Source of the DNA: Nitrosopumilus sp.
Lineage (GTDB): Archaea > Thermoproteota > Nitrososphaeria > Nitrososphaerales > Nitrosopumilaceae
Assembly: GCA_965205675.1 (NCBI GenBank)
Contig: OZ242186.1
Location: forward strand, 1,024,001-1,088,000
Length of the DNA stretch: 64,000 nucleotides
Reading direction: 5' to 3'
The position numbers and the translations under genes were made by a program. Under the pieces are notes generated by a model, which ran no database searches, was not told the DNA's origin, and worked only from the letters and a program-made list of their open reading frames with translations. Below are positions 21,771 to 32,602 of the stretch, piece after piece (positions within the stretch are counted from its first letter, which is position 1; every line of letters starts with the position of its first letter).

Positions 21771-23372
21771 TTATTTTTTAGAGGCGGCTTTGATAAATGC
21801 TAAAAAAGATTCTTCAGGATATCCGGGCCTGCTGTTGAATTCTGGGTGGAATTGTACTCCTAGATAGAATTTATGGGATGGAATTTCCAATATCTCCATT
21901 CTCTTTCCATTATCACTGTCTGCTGAAAATATCAATCCGTTCTTTTTAAATTCTTGAATGTATTCTTGGTTGATTTCATATCTATGCCTATGACGTTTAC
22001 TGATTGTTAATGCATTGTAAATTTTCTTAGCATTTGTGTTTTCCTTAATTACAACATCATTTGCTCCTAATCTAAGTGAACCGCCTATATCTGAAATGTT
22101 TTTTTGTTCTGGGAGCAGATCAACAATTGGATTTTCTATATTCTCTTTAATTTCTGTAGAGTTTGCATCTTCTAGATTTAATACATTTCGTCCAAATGCA
22201 ATTGCAGCTAGTTGGAATCCAAAACATATTCCTAGATATGGTATATTTTTCTCTCTTGCATAATTTGCAGTTTGTATAATTCCTTCTGATCCTCTAGTCC
22301 CAAATCCTCCGGGTACTAAAATCCCATCGTATTTTGAGAGAGTGTTATGATCTGTAATTGATTCTGAATCTATCCAGTCTATATCTACTGATTTATTTAT
22401 TTTTGCACCTGCATGCTTTAACGCATGATTCACACTTACATAACTATCAGGCAATTTAACATATTTTCCAACCATTGCAATTTTGATTTTGTCATTTTCA
22501 TGATTTGTCATGTTTTGAGCAATATCGTTCCATTTGTCCCAATTAGATGATGCATTAACCATCCCCACTTTTCCAAATTTTGTAAATATTGAATCCATAA
22601 TTCCTTGATCGTATAACATCAGAGGTACTTCAAAAATGGATTTTGCATCATGGCATGATAAAACATCTTTGAGTGGGACATTTGTAAACATTGCAATTTT
22701 CTTTTTTGTTTTTTCTTCTAATGGCAATGTACATCTGACTGCCAAAAAATCCGGCTGAATACCAATTCGTCTTAGTTCTTGAACACTGTGTTGTGTTGGC
22801 TTTGTTTTTTGCTCTCCTACCACGTCTAATGATGGTGCTAGTGTAACATGAACAAAAATTACATTTTGCGGCCCTCCTTCAACCCTCATCTGTCTGAGTG
22901 CTTCTAAGAATGGCAATGATTCTATATCTCCAACTGTTCCGCCACATTCTACAATTAAAAAATCTAATTTTTCATTTTCTGCTATTTTGATAATTCTATT
23001 TTTGATCTCATCTGTCACATGAGGTATAATCTGAACACATGCTCCCAAATATTCGCCCTTTCTTTCTGATTCTATTACAGAAGAATAGACCTGTGCTGTT
23101 GTGATGTTGTGGCTTTTAGAAATATTTTGATTCAAAAATCTTTCATAATTTCCAATATCCATATCGCATTCTCCTCCATCGTCTGTGACAAATACTTCTC
23201 CATGCGCTACAGGATTCATAGTGCCTGCATCATAGTTGAGGTATGGATCTATTTTGATACAAGATACTTTTTGATCTGCTAGTTGTAGTAATTTTGCAAT
23301 TGAGGAAGTAGTCACGCCTTTTCCAAGACCAGACATCACACCACCTGTGACAAAAATAAACTTCGTCTGCAC
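21771..23372 (-). CDS. pyrG: CTP synthase
   Basis: FVTGGVMSGLGKG, KTKPTQHSV, GICFG, RHRHRYE, QFHPEF. Confidence 0.98.
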   Translation of the reverse strand: MQTKFIFVTGGVMSGLGKGVTTSSIAKLLQLADQKVSCIKIDPYLNYDAGTMNPVAHGEVFVTDDGGECDMDIGNYERFLNQNISKSHNITTAQVYSSVIESERKGEYLGACVQIIPHVTDEIKNRIIKIAENEKLDFLIVECGGTVGDIESLPFLEALRQMRVEGGPQNVIFVHVTLAPSLDVVGEQKTKPTQHSVQELRRIGIQPDFLAVRCTLPLEEKTKKKIAMFTNVPLKDVLSCHDAKSIFEVPLMLYDQGIMDSIFTKFGKVGMVNASSNWDKWNDIAQNMTNHENDKIKIAMVGKYVKLPDSYVSVNHALKHAGAKINKSVDIDWIDSESITDHNTLSKYDGILVPGGFGTRGSEGIIQTANYAREKNIPYLGICFGFQLAAIAFGRNVLNLEDANSTEIKENIENPIVDLLPEQKNISDIGGSLRLGANDVVIKENTNAKKIYNALTISKRHRHRYEINQEYIQEFKKNGLIFSADSDNGKRMEILEIPSHKFYLGVQFHPEFNSRPGYPEESFLAFIKAASKK

Positions 23373-23452
23373 ATTAAACTAACGTGTATCTAGTTTTTGT
23401 ATGTTTTGCAGATCCTGATTAGTTGAAATACTAGATATTATTTTGTATTGAT

Positions 23453-24283
23453 GTGAAGATGTCTTTATTTGTTCTGTCTTTGTTAGTTATGTTTGCTATT
23501 AGTCTGACTAATTTAGCTTTTGCTGAAACATATGAAATTAAAATACCCTCTGGTGCATCTAACCCTAGCGCCCCTTTCTTTTGGTCTGAAGAATCTACAG
23601 GCATCACAACAGGTGAAATTACTGTTTTTCCTGGTGATTCTGTTAAATGGAGTAATGCAGATACTTCATTTCATACAATTACATCTGTTTCAGCAGAAAG
23701 TATTGAAACAAGGGAATTCAAAGTAGATGGCGTATTTGATAGTGGGTTTTTTACTGCGGGCAAATCCCATACTCAAAAATTCAATGAATTGGGAGATTTT
23801 TATTATTTTTGTAGTATTCACCCATTCATGAATGGTGTTGTACATGTGGTAGAAGATTCTGATATGGTACAGTACATTGATAATGTGGGTTCTGAATTTA
23901 ATGAAGATGGCTTGGGCTTTAAAGTCAAATATATTCTTGATACAAATTTACAAAAAACAGTTTATGTAAATCCTGATGATAAGAGCATTACTTTTGTAAT
24001 TTCAGATACTAGTGAAAATGAACAAATTACATTTGTATTGCCTTTGGAATTAATTGAAGATCCAAATATTGTCTTAATTGATGGAGTTGTGACCGAATTT
24101 GAATCTGAAGATACTTCTTCTGGAACTAAATTGATAATTCCTATCCATGCAGATTCTAAAGAAATTAAAATTATGGGCAGTAAAGTGATTCCTGAATTTG
24201 GATTTTTAGTCGTTAGTATATTGAGTGTCAGTATTATGTATGTGTTATTTTTGACTCGTTCTAAACTTGCAATGTTTAGATAG
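23453..24283 (+). CDS. plastocyanin/azurin-type copper-binding protein with PEFG-CTERM sorting signal
   Basis: Signal peptide, HTITS, YFCSIHPFM type-1 Cu ligands, VIPEFG plus TM tail. Confidence 0.9.
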   Translation: MKMSLFVLSLLVMFAISLTNLAFAETYEIKIPSGASNPSAPFFWSEESTGITTGEITVFPGDSVKWSNADTSFHTITSVSAESIETREFKVDGVFDSGFFTAGKSHTQKFNELGDFYYFCSIHPFMNGVVHVVEDSDMVQYIDNVGSEFNEDGLGFKVKYILDTNLQKTVYVNPDDKSITFVISDTSENEQITFVLPLELIEDPNIVLIDGVVTEFESEDTSSGTKLIIPIHADSKEIKIMGSKVIPEFGFLVVSILSVSIMYVLFLTRSKLAMFR

Positions 24284-24464
24284 TATTCTTTACGATTGTA
24301 AATAATTTACCTTCATTTTAAACAAATTTTAGATTATGCTACCCTCTTTGTTTTATTCTTCTTAATGCATAATGTTATGATGACTTCTAGGTTGGCGGCC
24401 ATCTCTGAAACTAAATTTCACATCATGAGAATTTGTATACTTGACCGCCAATACTTGGACGATT

Positions 24465-25277
24465 TTACAGAATAGTTTGTTTTTTGAGACTTTTGGTAAA
24501 TGTGGCGATCTTCAATTCTAGTTGATTTTGAGGTGTCTTTTCTATTAATTTCAAATATGCACTTCCCACAATTACTGCATCGGCCCCTGCATTGATGTAT
24601 TTTTTTACATCTTCTGGTGTTGAGACTCCAAATCCTACTCCTATTGGAATTTTTCCGCGGGTTTGTCTCTTGACTTTTTTTATTGCATCTAGTGTGTATC
24701 TCTTAATCCCTATTTTTACCCCTGTTGTGCCAAAAACTGCTACAAGATACAAAAATCCTGATGATGCTTTTGATATTTTCTGAATCCTTGAATTATTGGT
24801 ATTTGGTGAAATTAGAAATATGGTATCTGCCTTGTTTTTAACGGCATCTAAATATTCTTTTGATTCCTCAATGGACATATCTGGTAGAATGAAACCATCA
24901 ATTCCCGCTTTTTTGGCCTCTAAGATAAATTTTGTATACCCTTTATGATAGAGAATGTTGGTATATGTCATTAGGATTAATGGTGTCTCTGTCTCTTTTC
25001 TGATTTTTTTTACAAGATTGAAAAATTTTGTAATTTTTGTTCCTTTCTTTAATGATATTGTACTTGCATTTTGAATTACAAGTCCGTCAGCTAGCGGATC
25101 TGAAAATGGAAATCCTAACTCTATGATATCTGCGCCTCCTTTTACTAATCCTCTTATTGTGGATATCGTCGCCTTTTCATTTGGAAATCCTGCCATGATA
25201 TATGATATCAAAGCCTTTTGATTTTTTGCTTTTAATTCTGCAAATTTTTCTCCAATTCTCGTCATAATAGATACCAT
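24465..25277 (-). CDS. trpA: tryptophan synthase alpha chain
   Basis: IELGFPFSDPLADG, LMTYTN, GTTG, VGFGVS, ADAVIVGSA. Confidence 0.96.
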   Translation of the reverse strand: MVSIMTRIGEKFAELKAKNQKALISYIMAGFPNEKATISTIRGLVKGGADIIELGFPFSDPLADGLVIQNASTISLKKGTKITKFFNLVKKIRKETETPLILMTYTNILYHKGYTKFILEAKKAGIDGFILPDMSIEESKEYLDAVKNKADTIFLISPNTNNSRIQKISKASSGFLYLVAVFGTTGVKIGIKRYTLDAIKKVKRQTRGKIPIGVGFGVSTPEDVKKYINAGADAVIVGSAYLKLIEKTPQNQLELKIATFTKSLKKQTIL

Positions 25278-25339
25278 AAACAGTTACTTTATAATCTATA
25301 GCGAATTAGTCTTAAAACCCTACAATACATCAAAGATGA

Positions 25340-25855
25340 TATAGCGACGATCAAAAGTTCGTGAACATCTTTGCAGGATTTCTAAAGGTGTAATTTGCAA
25401 CATCAAGCTTGAATCTTGTCATTCTAAAATATTTTGACACTGCATCACTTATCGTAAACATTGCATGATATTCTGAAACCTGCAACGCATACTTGTTTAT
25501 CTTCCAACACAGTTCTATCATGTTCAAGTACGGTGAACCTTTTGGTAACCATATTAGTTTGACATATCTATTGTTTACAAGATATTCCTTGACCTTCTTT
25601 GATTTGTGAACTGGTGCCCTGTCTAGCATAATTGTAATCTTGCAATATTTCCAGTGCAACTCTTTTAGATATTCTACAAATCTTCCAGCATTGAATCTAC
25701 CATAGACTCTAAACAGCTGACTGTTATTTTCCGTAATTGTTTCCATACACTGCCAAGATTTCATGATTGCCTGGGTATGAAAGAAATATTCTCTTTGTAA
25801 CTAGAGATGAGGTATTTTTTTCCTGTCCTTGCATCTCTTAGAAAAAATGCCTCAC
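25340..25855 (-). mobile_element. IS630 type A, 3' half remnant
   Basis: Same right end TATAGCGACGATCAAAAG; DRAPVH and SPYLNMIE motifs. Confidence 0.85.
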
Positions 25856-26279
25856 TGTACAAGTAAAATCTGGAATAAGATAGATCTCCATAGCCTGATA
25901 GAACCTGAAGCAGTCGTTTTTATATATCTCATAAAGGATGAATAAATACGAGTCCAAAACATGAGAAAATCACTGATGATCTCATCGAAAAATACTCTAT
26001 AAATTCTTAGATTATCTTGCTACGGATGATTAATTTCTAAAAAAATTAGAGTTTGCCAGATTCTATGCTAAATTCAATATATAGGAAAGTGTTACACGCC
26101 ATACTCTAGAAGATAATCTTGTTTTTCATTTCTTACACATTTGTATGACAAAGAATCTGCCAAGAAACGTAATCGTCTTGTTTTTCAAATATTCATTATC
26201 TGCATATCTCATTTTTTTAAAACCAAGTATTCCAAATTCTTGTGAAGATTAATATTTTCGGAGCATCGCAAGAAAACTG

Positions 26280-27647
26280 TTGACGAAGAGAGAAAGATTT
26301 CTCATTGTCGGGAGTGGAGGACGTGAAAGCGCTTTTGCAATGCGACTCATGCAAGACACTCAAGTTTATGCAGTTCTGGCACACAAAAACCCGCTCATTG
26401 TAGACTGTGTAGTCCAGTCAGGTGGAAAATATTTGGTTGCTGATGCTGATGATCCAAAAACAATTTTAAAATTTGCAAAAGAGAACAACATCGATTATAC
26501 TTTTGTGAGTGCCGACCAACCCTTGGCTAATGGAGTAATCGACATTTTATTAGAAAATAATTTCAAAGCAATTGGAGGTACAAAGGATGCAACACGCATA
26601 GAATGGGATAAGATATATTCCATCCAAATGATGCAAAAGGTATGTCCTGAATTTACTCCATTTTATAAAATAATATCAAAGATTGAAGAATTACAAGATG
26701 CCATAAAATCATTTGAGACCAAAGGATTAGAAATAGTAGTAAAACCCCAAGGATTAACGGGGGGCAAGGGTGTAAAGATAATGCCGGAACATCTCTTGAC
26801 ATATCAGGATTGTGCATATTATGCATCTTCTCTTCTTGAGAAAAATCCTGATGAAAAAGTATTACTCGTAGAAAAATTAAATGGGATAGAATTTACAATT
26901 ATGGGAATTACTGACGGGCAACATCTCGTAGTATCTCCTGCAAGCTATGATTATCCATTTAGACATGAGGGAGATTGTGGTGCGGGAACTGGCGGTATGG
27001 GTTGTTTTACCAATTCAGAAAAGAAACTGCCATTTATGAGTGACAAAGACTGGGATGACTCTACGCATATAATGCAAAAAATACTTGACGAGATGAAATC
27101 CAAAAATCTGTTTTTCAACGGCGTGTTAAATGGAGGATTTTTCAAAACCAAACATGGCATAAAATTTATGGAATTTAATGGACGTTTTGGAGATCCTGAA
27201 GGGTTAAGCATTCTCAGCATTCTTGAAGGATCCTTTTCAGAATTACTCATACATATTTGGAACAAGACATTATCAGAAGATGTGGTTTCATTTGTGAAAA
27301 AGGCAAACGTTGTAAAATATCTGGTGGCAAAAGAATATCCTAAGCAAAGTGAGAGTGCAACATCTTTTAGTATTGATGAGGATGCAATGATTGCAAAGGG
27401 AATAAAAATATTTTTTGCCTCGTGTATCAAAACTGGAATACACCAATATGAAACTCTAAAAAAATCCAGAGTTTGTGCATTTGGTACTGTTTCAGATAAC
27501 ATCGAAACAGCATCATTAATCATAAACAATGCAATTAATTCTCATGTCACATATACCCAAGAACACAAGCTAGAGTACAGATCAGATATTGGTTCTCAAA
27601 AGAGCTTGGAGAAATTAAAAGCAATATCTAGTCAGATGTCTAGGTGA
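26280..27647 (+). CDS. purD: phosphoribosylamine--glycine ligase (PurD-like)
   Basis: IVGSGGRES, VVKPQGLTGGKGV, GAGTGGMG, EFNGRFGDPE, YRSDIG. Confidence 0.85.
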   Translation: MTKRERFLIVGSGGRESAFAMRLMQDTQVYAVLAHKNPLIVDCVVQSGGKYLVADADDPKTILKFAKENNIDYTFVSADQPLANGVIDILLENNFKAIGGTKDATRIEWDKIYSIQMMQKVCPEFTPFYKIISKIEELQDAIKSFETKGLEIVVKPQGLTGGKGVKIMPEHLLTYQDCAYYASSLLEKNPDEKVLLVEKLNGIEFTIMGITDGQHLVVSPASYDYPFRHEGDCGAGTGGMGCFTNSEKKLPFMSDKDWDDSTHIMQKILDEMKSKNLFFNGVLNGGFFKTKHGIKFMEFNGRFGDPEGLSILSILEGSFSELLIHIWNKTLSEDVVSFVKKANVVKYLVAKEYPKQSESATSFSIDEDAMIAKGIKIFFASCIKTGIHQYETLKKSRVCAFGTVSDNIETASLIINNAINSHVTYTQEHKLEYRSDIGSQKSLEKLKAISSQMSR

Positions 27648-27755
27648 GAATTTTAATTAGCTCAATTAATTTACATGTGTTTCTTGTTTGATTTGCTATA
27701 GTATTTCACAAACTATTTTCTTAAATTTATACAACAGAACCCAAAACAAACCATT

Positions 27756-28872
27756 TATACCCCAGATCATAAGTCTTTTCAATTTATTGTTCTTGCAAAA
27801 TAATACATATTCAAATTGAATTTGTGCGTTCTAAAATATTCCATAACTGTATACCTCATTTCATGAATAGATTCATAAAATTCTGATTCAACATTAACAT
27901 GTTTGCACTGTCTCCAAATCTCTTCAATCATACTCAAATGTGGAGCCACACCAATCATACTCAAATGTGGAGAACCTCTCAGAAGATATGCCAGTTTGAC
28001 ATCTTTGTTTTTGTGCAGATATTTTTTTACATCATTAGCTTTGTGTTGTGGTGCCCTATCGACGATAACAAATATTTTTCCAAATTTTCTACGAGCTGCT
28101 TCCAGATAATCTATAAATGCAATTGAGTTAAATTTTTCATACGATCTAAAATTTTTTGATTATCATCATTTCCATAAACCAAAAATCTTTGATGTGATCC
28201 TCTCCAACGTACAATTAATCTTTGGTGTGCATCTGTCCAGTATTTTTTGCCAAGACGTACATCGTCTACAAATACTGATTCGTCTTGGATAAATACTGTA
28301 AAACCTTTCTTTTTTGCCTTTTCTATGCGTGAAATGATGCGGTTTTTCCACTTGCGGCATGTATCCTTGGATGCCGCTCGCACATGTACCTTTTGTGGAA
28401 CCTTTGGTTTTAGATTCCATTTGTGCATCAAAGGACGCACGTGAGTGATATGATATGTAATGCGTGTTCTGTAAAATATGAATTGTATCAGTTTCTTTGG
28501 AGTCATGCCGTCTGAAATTTTCTTAAATGCACGCTCTATTTTTTGTAATGCTTTATGTGAGATTAATGGCGGACGGCCAGAACGAGGGAGATCCTCCAGG
28601 CCCTCCAATCCGTATTTTTCAAATGAATCAAGCCAATTCCTTACAGAATTGTAGGTACAAAACATTTGGTTGGCAGTTTCAGCAATTGTGGATTCGTTGA
28701 TCTTAATTATACACATTGCATGTAATCTTGTTTTTTTGTGAATATTTTTTTCTTTTTTGTAGGCCTGGAGTAACTCGTCATTTGTGATGTCCATGAAATT
28801 ATTTCTAACTACTGATCAAAAAGTATTGCTATTTGTTTTGAAAAATTGCAAAGAATTATGCTCCGAGGTATA
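27756..28872 (-). mobile_element. IS630-family element type B, copy 2
   Basis: Same ends as 19123-20216; ORF 28111-28794 plus broken 3' part with a short internal duplication near 27925-27972. Confidence 0.92.
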
Positions 28873-29101
28873 TGAGCAGGATCAACACTACATCAATGGT
28901 TTTGAACCTCAGTTTGAAATTGGTGAAGATGTAATTGTGCATATAGCTAAGGACAATCAAGGTCCAGATGGTCCAGATGGCAATAACTACTTTGTAGAAT
29001 TAGGAATGTTTGGCAAGTACAAAGTTATTGAAGAAAAAGCATACAACAAAAAACACCCCACTGGCAAGTCATTAAATGAGACATTTAATGAGGCCAAATA
29101 A
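28873..29101 (+). pseudogene. 3' part of a hypothetical gene cut by IS630-B
   Basis: Open frame continues from the IS end to a stop at 29101. Confidence 0.45.
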
Positions 29102-29563
29102 CCTCTTTTTTTATCATAACAAAATCTTTGAAGGATTCATCCAAAATAACTTCTCTTTGAAATCATCCATAACACACCAAATTTCTAATCATAGTACAAT
29201 GAAAGACCAAGATATCATGACAGTGCCAGAGCAGATAAAAAAACTCATAGAGTGTGGTATGCCACAAATACTGTCAATCAGACTGACATGCAAATACATT
29301 ACAACATGAGAGAAGAGCAAAGGGGGCAACCACACCAAGTGGTAATTCCAGAGATTAATGAGATGTCAAGACTGATCACATTCTAGCCTGACATTCAAAA
29401 ACAAATAGAAAAGATCAAGGGTTTCTCAAAATTAATTTATCAAAATTAAATTTGATGTGCAAGGAAAATGCAGAGTAAGGGATGAACTGATTTTGGGATA
29501 CAACAAGGAGAACCTTCATTAATAATGTTTATATTGAAATAATTTTTGAGATTTGATAATAAT

Positions 29564-30508
29564 ATGAATTATACAAAATATACGATATCACTCTTAGCGT
29601 TAATATTATTAATTCCTGCTGGAACTAGTAATACCTTTGCACAAAGCGAACCCGGTGAAGAAGACTTTACAAATGATATAGGACCAGTTGGTAATGTAGA
29701 TTCTGTTTATTTGGAAGTTCTCAAACAATCTGATGATTTCCAAAATTTTAATTCTACTCAACAACAGCAATATGTGATAAAGTTTATCGAATCAAGAGAT
29801 AATCTTTCACCATATGATCAAGCTGTAAATGATGGACTTGAAGTTTTAAGCGATACAATACTTGCTTTACATAAAGCAAAAGCACTTGGTGAAAATACTG
29901 TTGAAGAAACTAAATTTCTACATTCTGCAATCTTTGACCTCGAACTCTTAGGAGTTGTGTCTAAAGATAGATTAGATCAAAATAAAGAATATTGGTCTGA
30001 TAGAGTAACAGAGGCAACTAGACAACTTGAAGATAACGAAACAAACAAAGTCTCTTATCTTGACAAGTTATCAAACACATACAAAATACATACAGATGAT
30101 GTAAGTTTAAAAAATCAATCTGAGATTTTTTATCCATGTATTCAGGATTTGATATTTCTCCATATTCCTCTATACTGTTCTGAAAAAAGTATAGTCTGGG
30201 GTGGTGATACTATATCATATGCTAATGTCACATTCGTACCTTTGTCTTTTCTATCTGAACATTTGGGAAAGATTTGTTTGAATGAAAGTGTTGCACATAG
30301 TACTGTCAACTTTGCTTTTGATGTAGATTTTGAGCAGGAAAATGTTTTAGGTCAAGAAACATGGTCTTATTCAAAATCTTATGACACTTCCTTATCTGGT
30401 AGTACAGCAGGTTTTTGTGCACAAGATTCTAAAATTACTGGCATTAATGCTGGTAGTTCCGCAAGTACTACTACACACCTAGAATCATTAATAACGGTTA
30501 GTGGTTAA
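29564..30508 (+). CDS. secreted GPVG-motif protein 3
   Basis: ATG 29564; signal peptide ending TFA-Q, EPGEEDFTNDIGPVGNVDSV, helical region, Cys-containing C-terminal domain. Confidence 0.85.
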   Translation: MNYTKYTISLLALILLIPAGTSNTFAQSEPGEEDFTNDIGPVGNVDSVYLEVLKQSDDFQNFNSTQQQQYVIKFIESRDNLSPYDQAVNDGLEVLSDTILALHKAKALGENTVEETKFLHSAIFDLELLGVVSKDRLDQNKEYWSDRVTEATRQLEDNETNKVSYLDKLSNTYKIHTDDVSLKNQSEIFYPCIQDLIFLHIPLYCSEKSIVWGGDTISYANVTFVPLSFLSEHLGKICLNESVAHSTVNFAFDVDFEQENVLGQETWSYSKSYDTSLSGSTAGFCAQDSKITGINAGSSASTTTHLESLITVSG

Positions 30509-30523
30509 CCCTTCTTTTTTATT

Positions 30524-30751
30524 TTGTTAAAAATTTTAATTTGTATCAGTTTGTTGGTGCTATGCAATCAATCTGCTTTTGCAGAACTAGAATTTGTTTA
30601 TGATTGCAATCGTGATATTGATTTTTTGTATTGGAACTCTGATTTACAAAGATGTGATATAAGATATAATTCTGTATCTTTTGTATTTTTTAGCATATTG
30701 TTATCTATATCCATAGTTATTGTTTTTGTTATAAAACGTAGAAATTCGTAA
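30524..30751 (+). CDS. small signal-peptide plus C-terminal TM protein, partner in GPVG cassette 3
   Basis: 75 aa; SAFA cleavage site, Cys pair, TM and KRR tail; 15 nt downstream. Confidence 0.7.
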   Translation: MLKILICISLLVLCNQSAFAELEFVYDCNRDIDFLYWNSDLQRCDIRYNSVSFVFFSILLSISIVIVFVIKRRNS

Positions 30752-30836
30752 GATTCTCCCATACGAAATCATCTCCAATCCCTGCTTTGCTGTTGAATAG
30801 TTTTTATTTTTGTAAATCATTATGCCCAAGTCTCAA

Positions 30837-31682
30837 TTAATTAGCAGGTATTTTGTTTTGTTGCTGTAGTTTTAATTTTTCAGATTCATGTTTCAAACAT
30901 AATTCTGCAAATGCAACATCATCAAAATGAATGTCCTTTAATGAATTCTTTTTAGATATCTTTGGGTATTCACTATATTTTCTACGGTTGATTATTCTGC
31001 CTCCCGATTTTGGCCTAAAGCCACCCCATTGTTTGAAAAATACTGGAACGTTTTGATTTTTACATTGTTCAATGATATCCAATATCCATTCTTTTTCAAC
31101 AGTACGATAATGATGACCACTTTCGCCACCAATAATGGCCCAATCGATTCCTTTGAGATTTACTTTTCCCACAGGACCTATCAAAGGTTCAAAGCTTATG
31201 AAGCGAGTATTACATTTGACTTTTTTTAATTCATTAATTCTGGATATGTAATCATGGTTTTCAACACTTACACCCATCCACATAAAGTTAGGAATTTTGT
31301 GACCAAAATATTTGAAAAATAAGTTAGAAAACTCAGCCATACGTTTAGGTCGTTTTGTAAGAATTTGATAATCATGTTGATCGGCTTGAATCATTGTTGC
31401 AAAACATTTTCCAGTAAACTCAAACGAAGAATTTTCATGGAACAAGTCCGACATACTATTTACAAATATTTTACGAGGTTTTTTCCAGGTTAATGGTAGA
31501 TTGACATCAGAAGGGTGTTCAACATATTGAAAGCCTTTTTTGTATTTTTGTTGCCCCATAGCTTTGAGTCTTTTAGTTAATGTTTCAGCATAGCAGTTTT
31601 TACATCTAGGAGAAATTTTACTACATCCACTAGTGGGATTCCAAGTAGCTTCTGTCCATTCAATATCTGAACCAACAGCCAT
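30837..31682 (-). CDS. DUF5131 / phage Gp37-Gp68 family three-Cys-motif protein
   Basis: IEWTEATWNPTSGCSKISPRCKNCYA, IFVNSMSDLFH, LTKRP, SFEPL, IGGESG, FFKQWGG. Confidence 0.92.
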   Translation of the reverse strand: MAVGSDIEWTEATWNPTSGCSKISPRCKNCYAETLTKRLKAMGQQKYKKGFQYVEHPSDVNLPLTWKKPRKIFVNSMSDLFHENSSFEFTGKCFATMIQADQHDYQILTKRPKRMAEFSNLFFKYFGHKIPNFMWMGVSVENHDYISRINELKKVKCNTRFISFEPLIGPVGKVNLKGIDWAIIGGESGHHYRTVEKEWILDIIEQCKNQNVPVFFKQWGGFRPKSGGRIINRRKYSEYPKISKKNSLKDIHFDDVAFAELCLKHESEKLKLQQQNKIPAN

Positions 31683-31719
31683 ATTTTTTCTACAATTTGT
31701 TGAAGTTTAAATGTTTAAA

Positions 31720-32267
31720 CACATGAATCAGCAATTGACGGGTTATATGGAACGGATACATGGAGAGGAGCTAGAGACATCAAATCAACAGATGAACGAT
31801 TGAATTTTTTGCTTGATCTGTATGTGGAACAATTACATTCAAACGGTGTTCATTTTGTAAGACCATTTACCATGATGGATTCAAGTAGAAGAACAATCTA
31901 TGATTTGGTCTTTGCCACAAAACACCACAAAGGCATGGATGCCATGAAAAAAGCAATGTTGAAAGTAGTAGGGAATGGAACGTATACATTTTCAGATAAA
32001 ACAGATACTCATCAAACCTATTTTGTAGATTATAGTGACCAATCACAATGGGTTGATGATGCCAGTAGAATTATTTTTAATAATTTTAAAGGCAAAACAG
32101 TTCCATTGGAAGTAATTAGGGATTTTGTCCTTGCAGATACACCTTTTAGATTTCTCAAAGAAATTTTAAAAGATATGGAAAAAAATGGAAAAATCATAGA
32201 TGTTAGTGGAAGAACAAGAAAAACACTAATCTATGCAGATGATTGTACGGTTAAATTTTCACAATAA
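31720..32267 (+). pseudogene. three-Cys-motif partner (TcmP-like) C-terminal fragment
   Basis: Frame extends upstream as IDGLYGTDTW; YDLVFATKHHKGMDAMKKAM; wHTH-like tail; adjacent to DUF5131; no N-terminal domain. Confidence 0.7.
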
Positions 32268-32602
32268 ATCAAATAATTCAATAAATTATCATCTACAAAT
32301 GCATTAAAAATCTCATTAAAGGTATTTTTTTAAGTGAACTGTTGTCTACTGAAGTAATTTATCCAAATCAAAAATTTGTTATTTAGAATTATTTTTCTGG
32401 ATTCCGAGAACTATGACTGGTTAATTGGATTTTGTTGTTTTATACTCCTATGATAACAATGAATTAGGTTATGTTAGTTATTGTATGGAATATTTTGAAT
32501 TAATTATGGTTGAATTATCTATTGAAGCAATTCTGCAAATTGATGCAACAATAATCACAGGTATTTTGATTTTACTTACAATTGGAAAAAGTAACAATTC
32601 TT

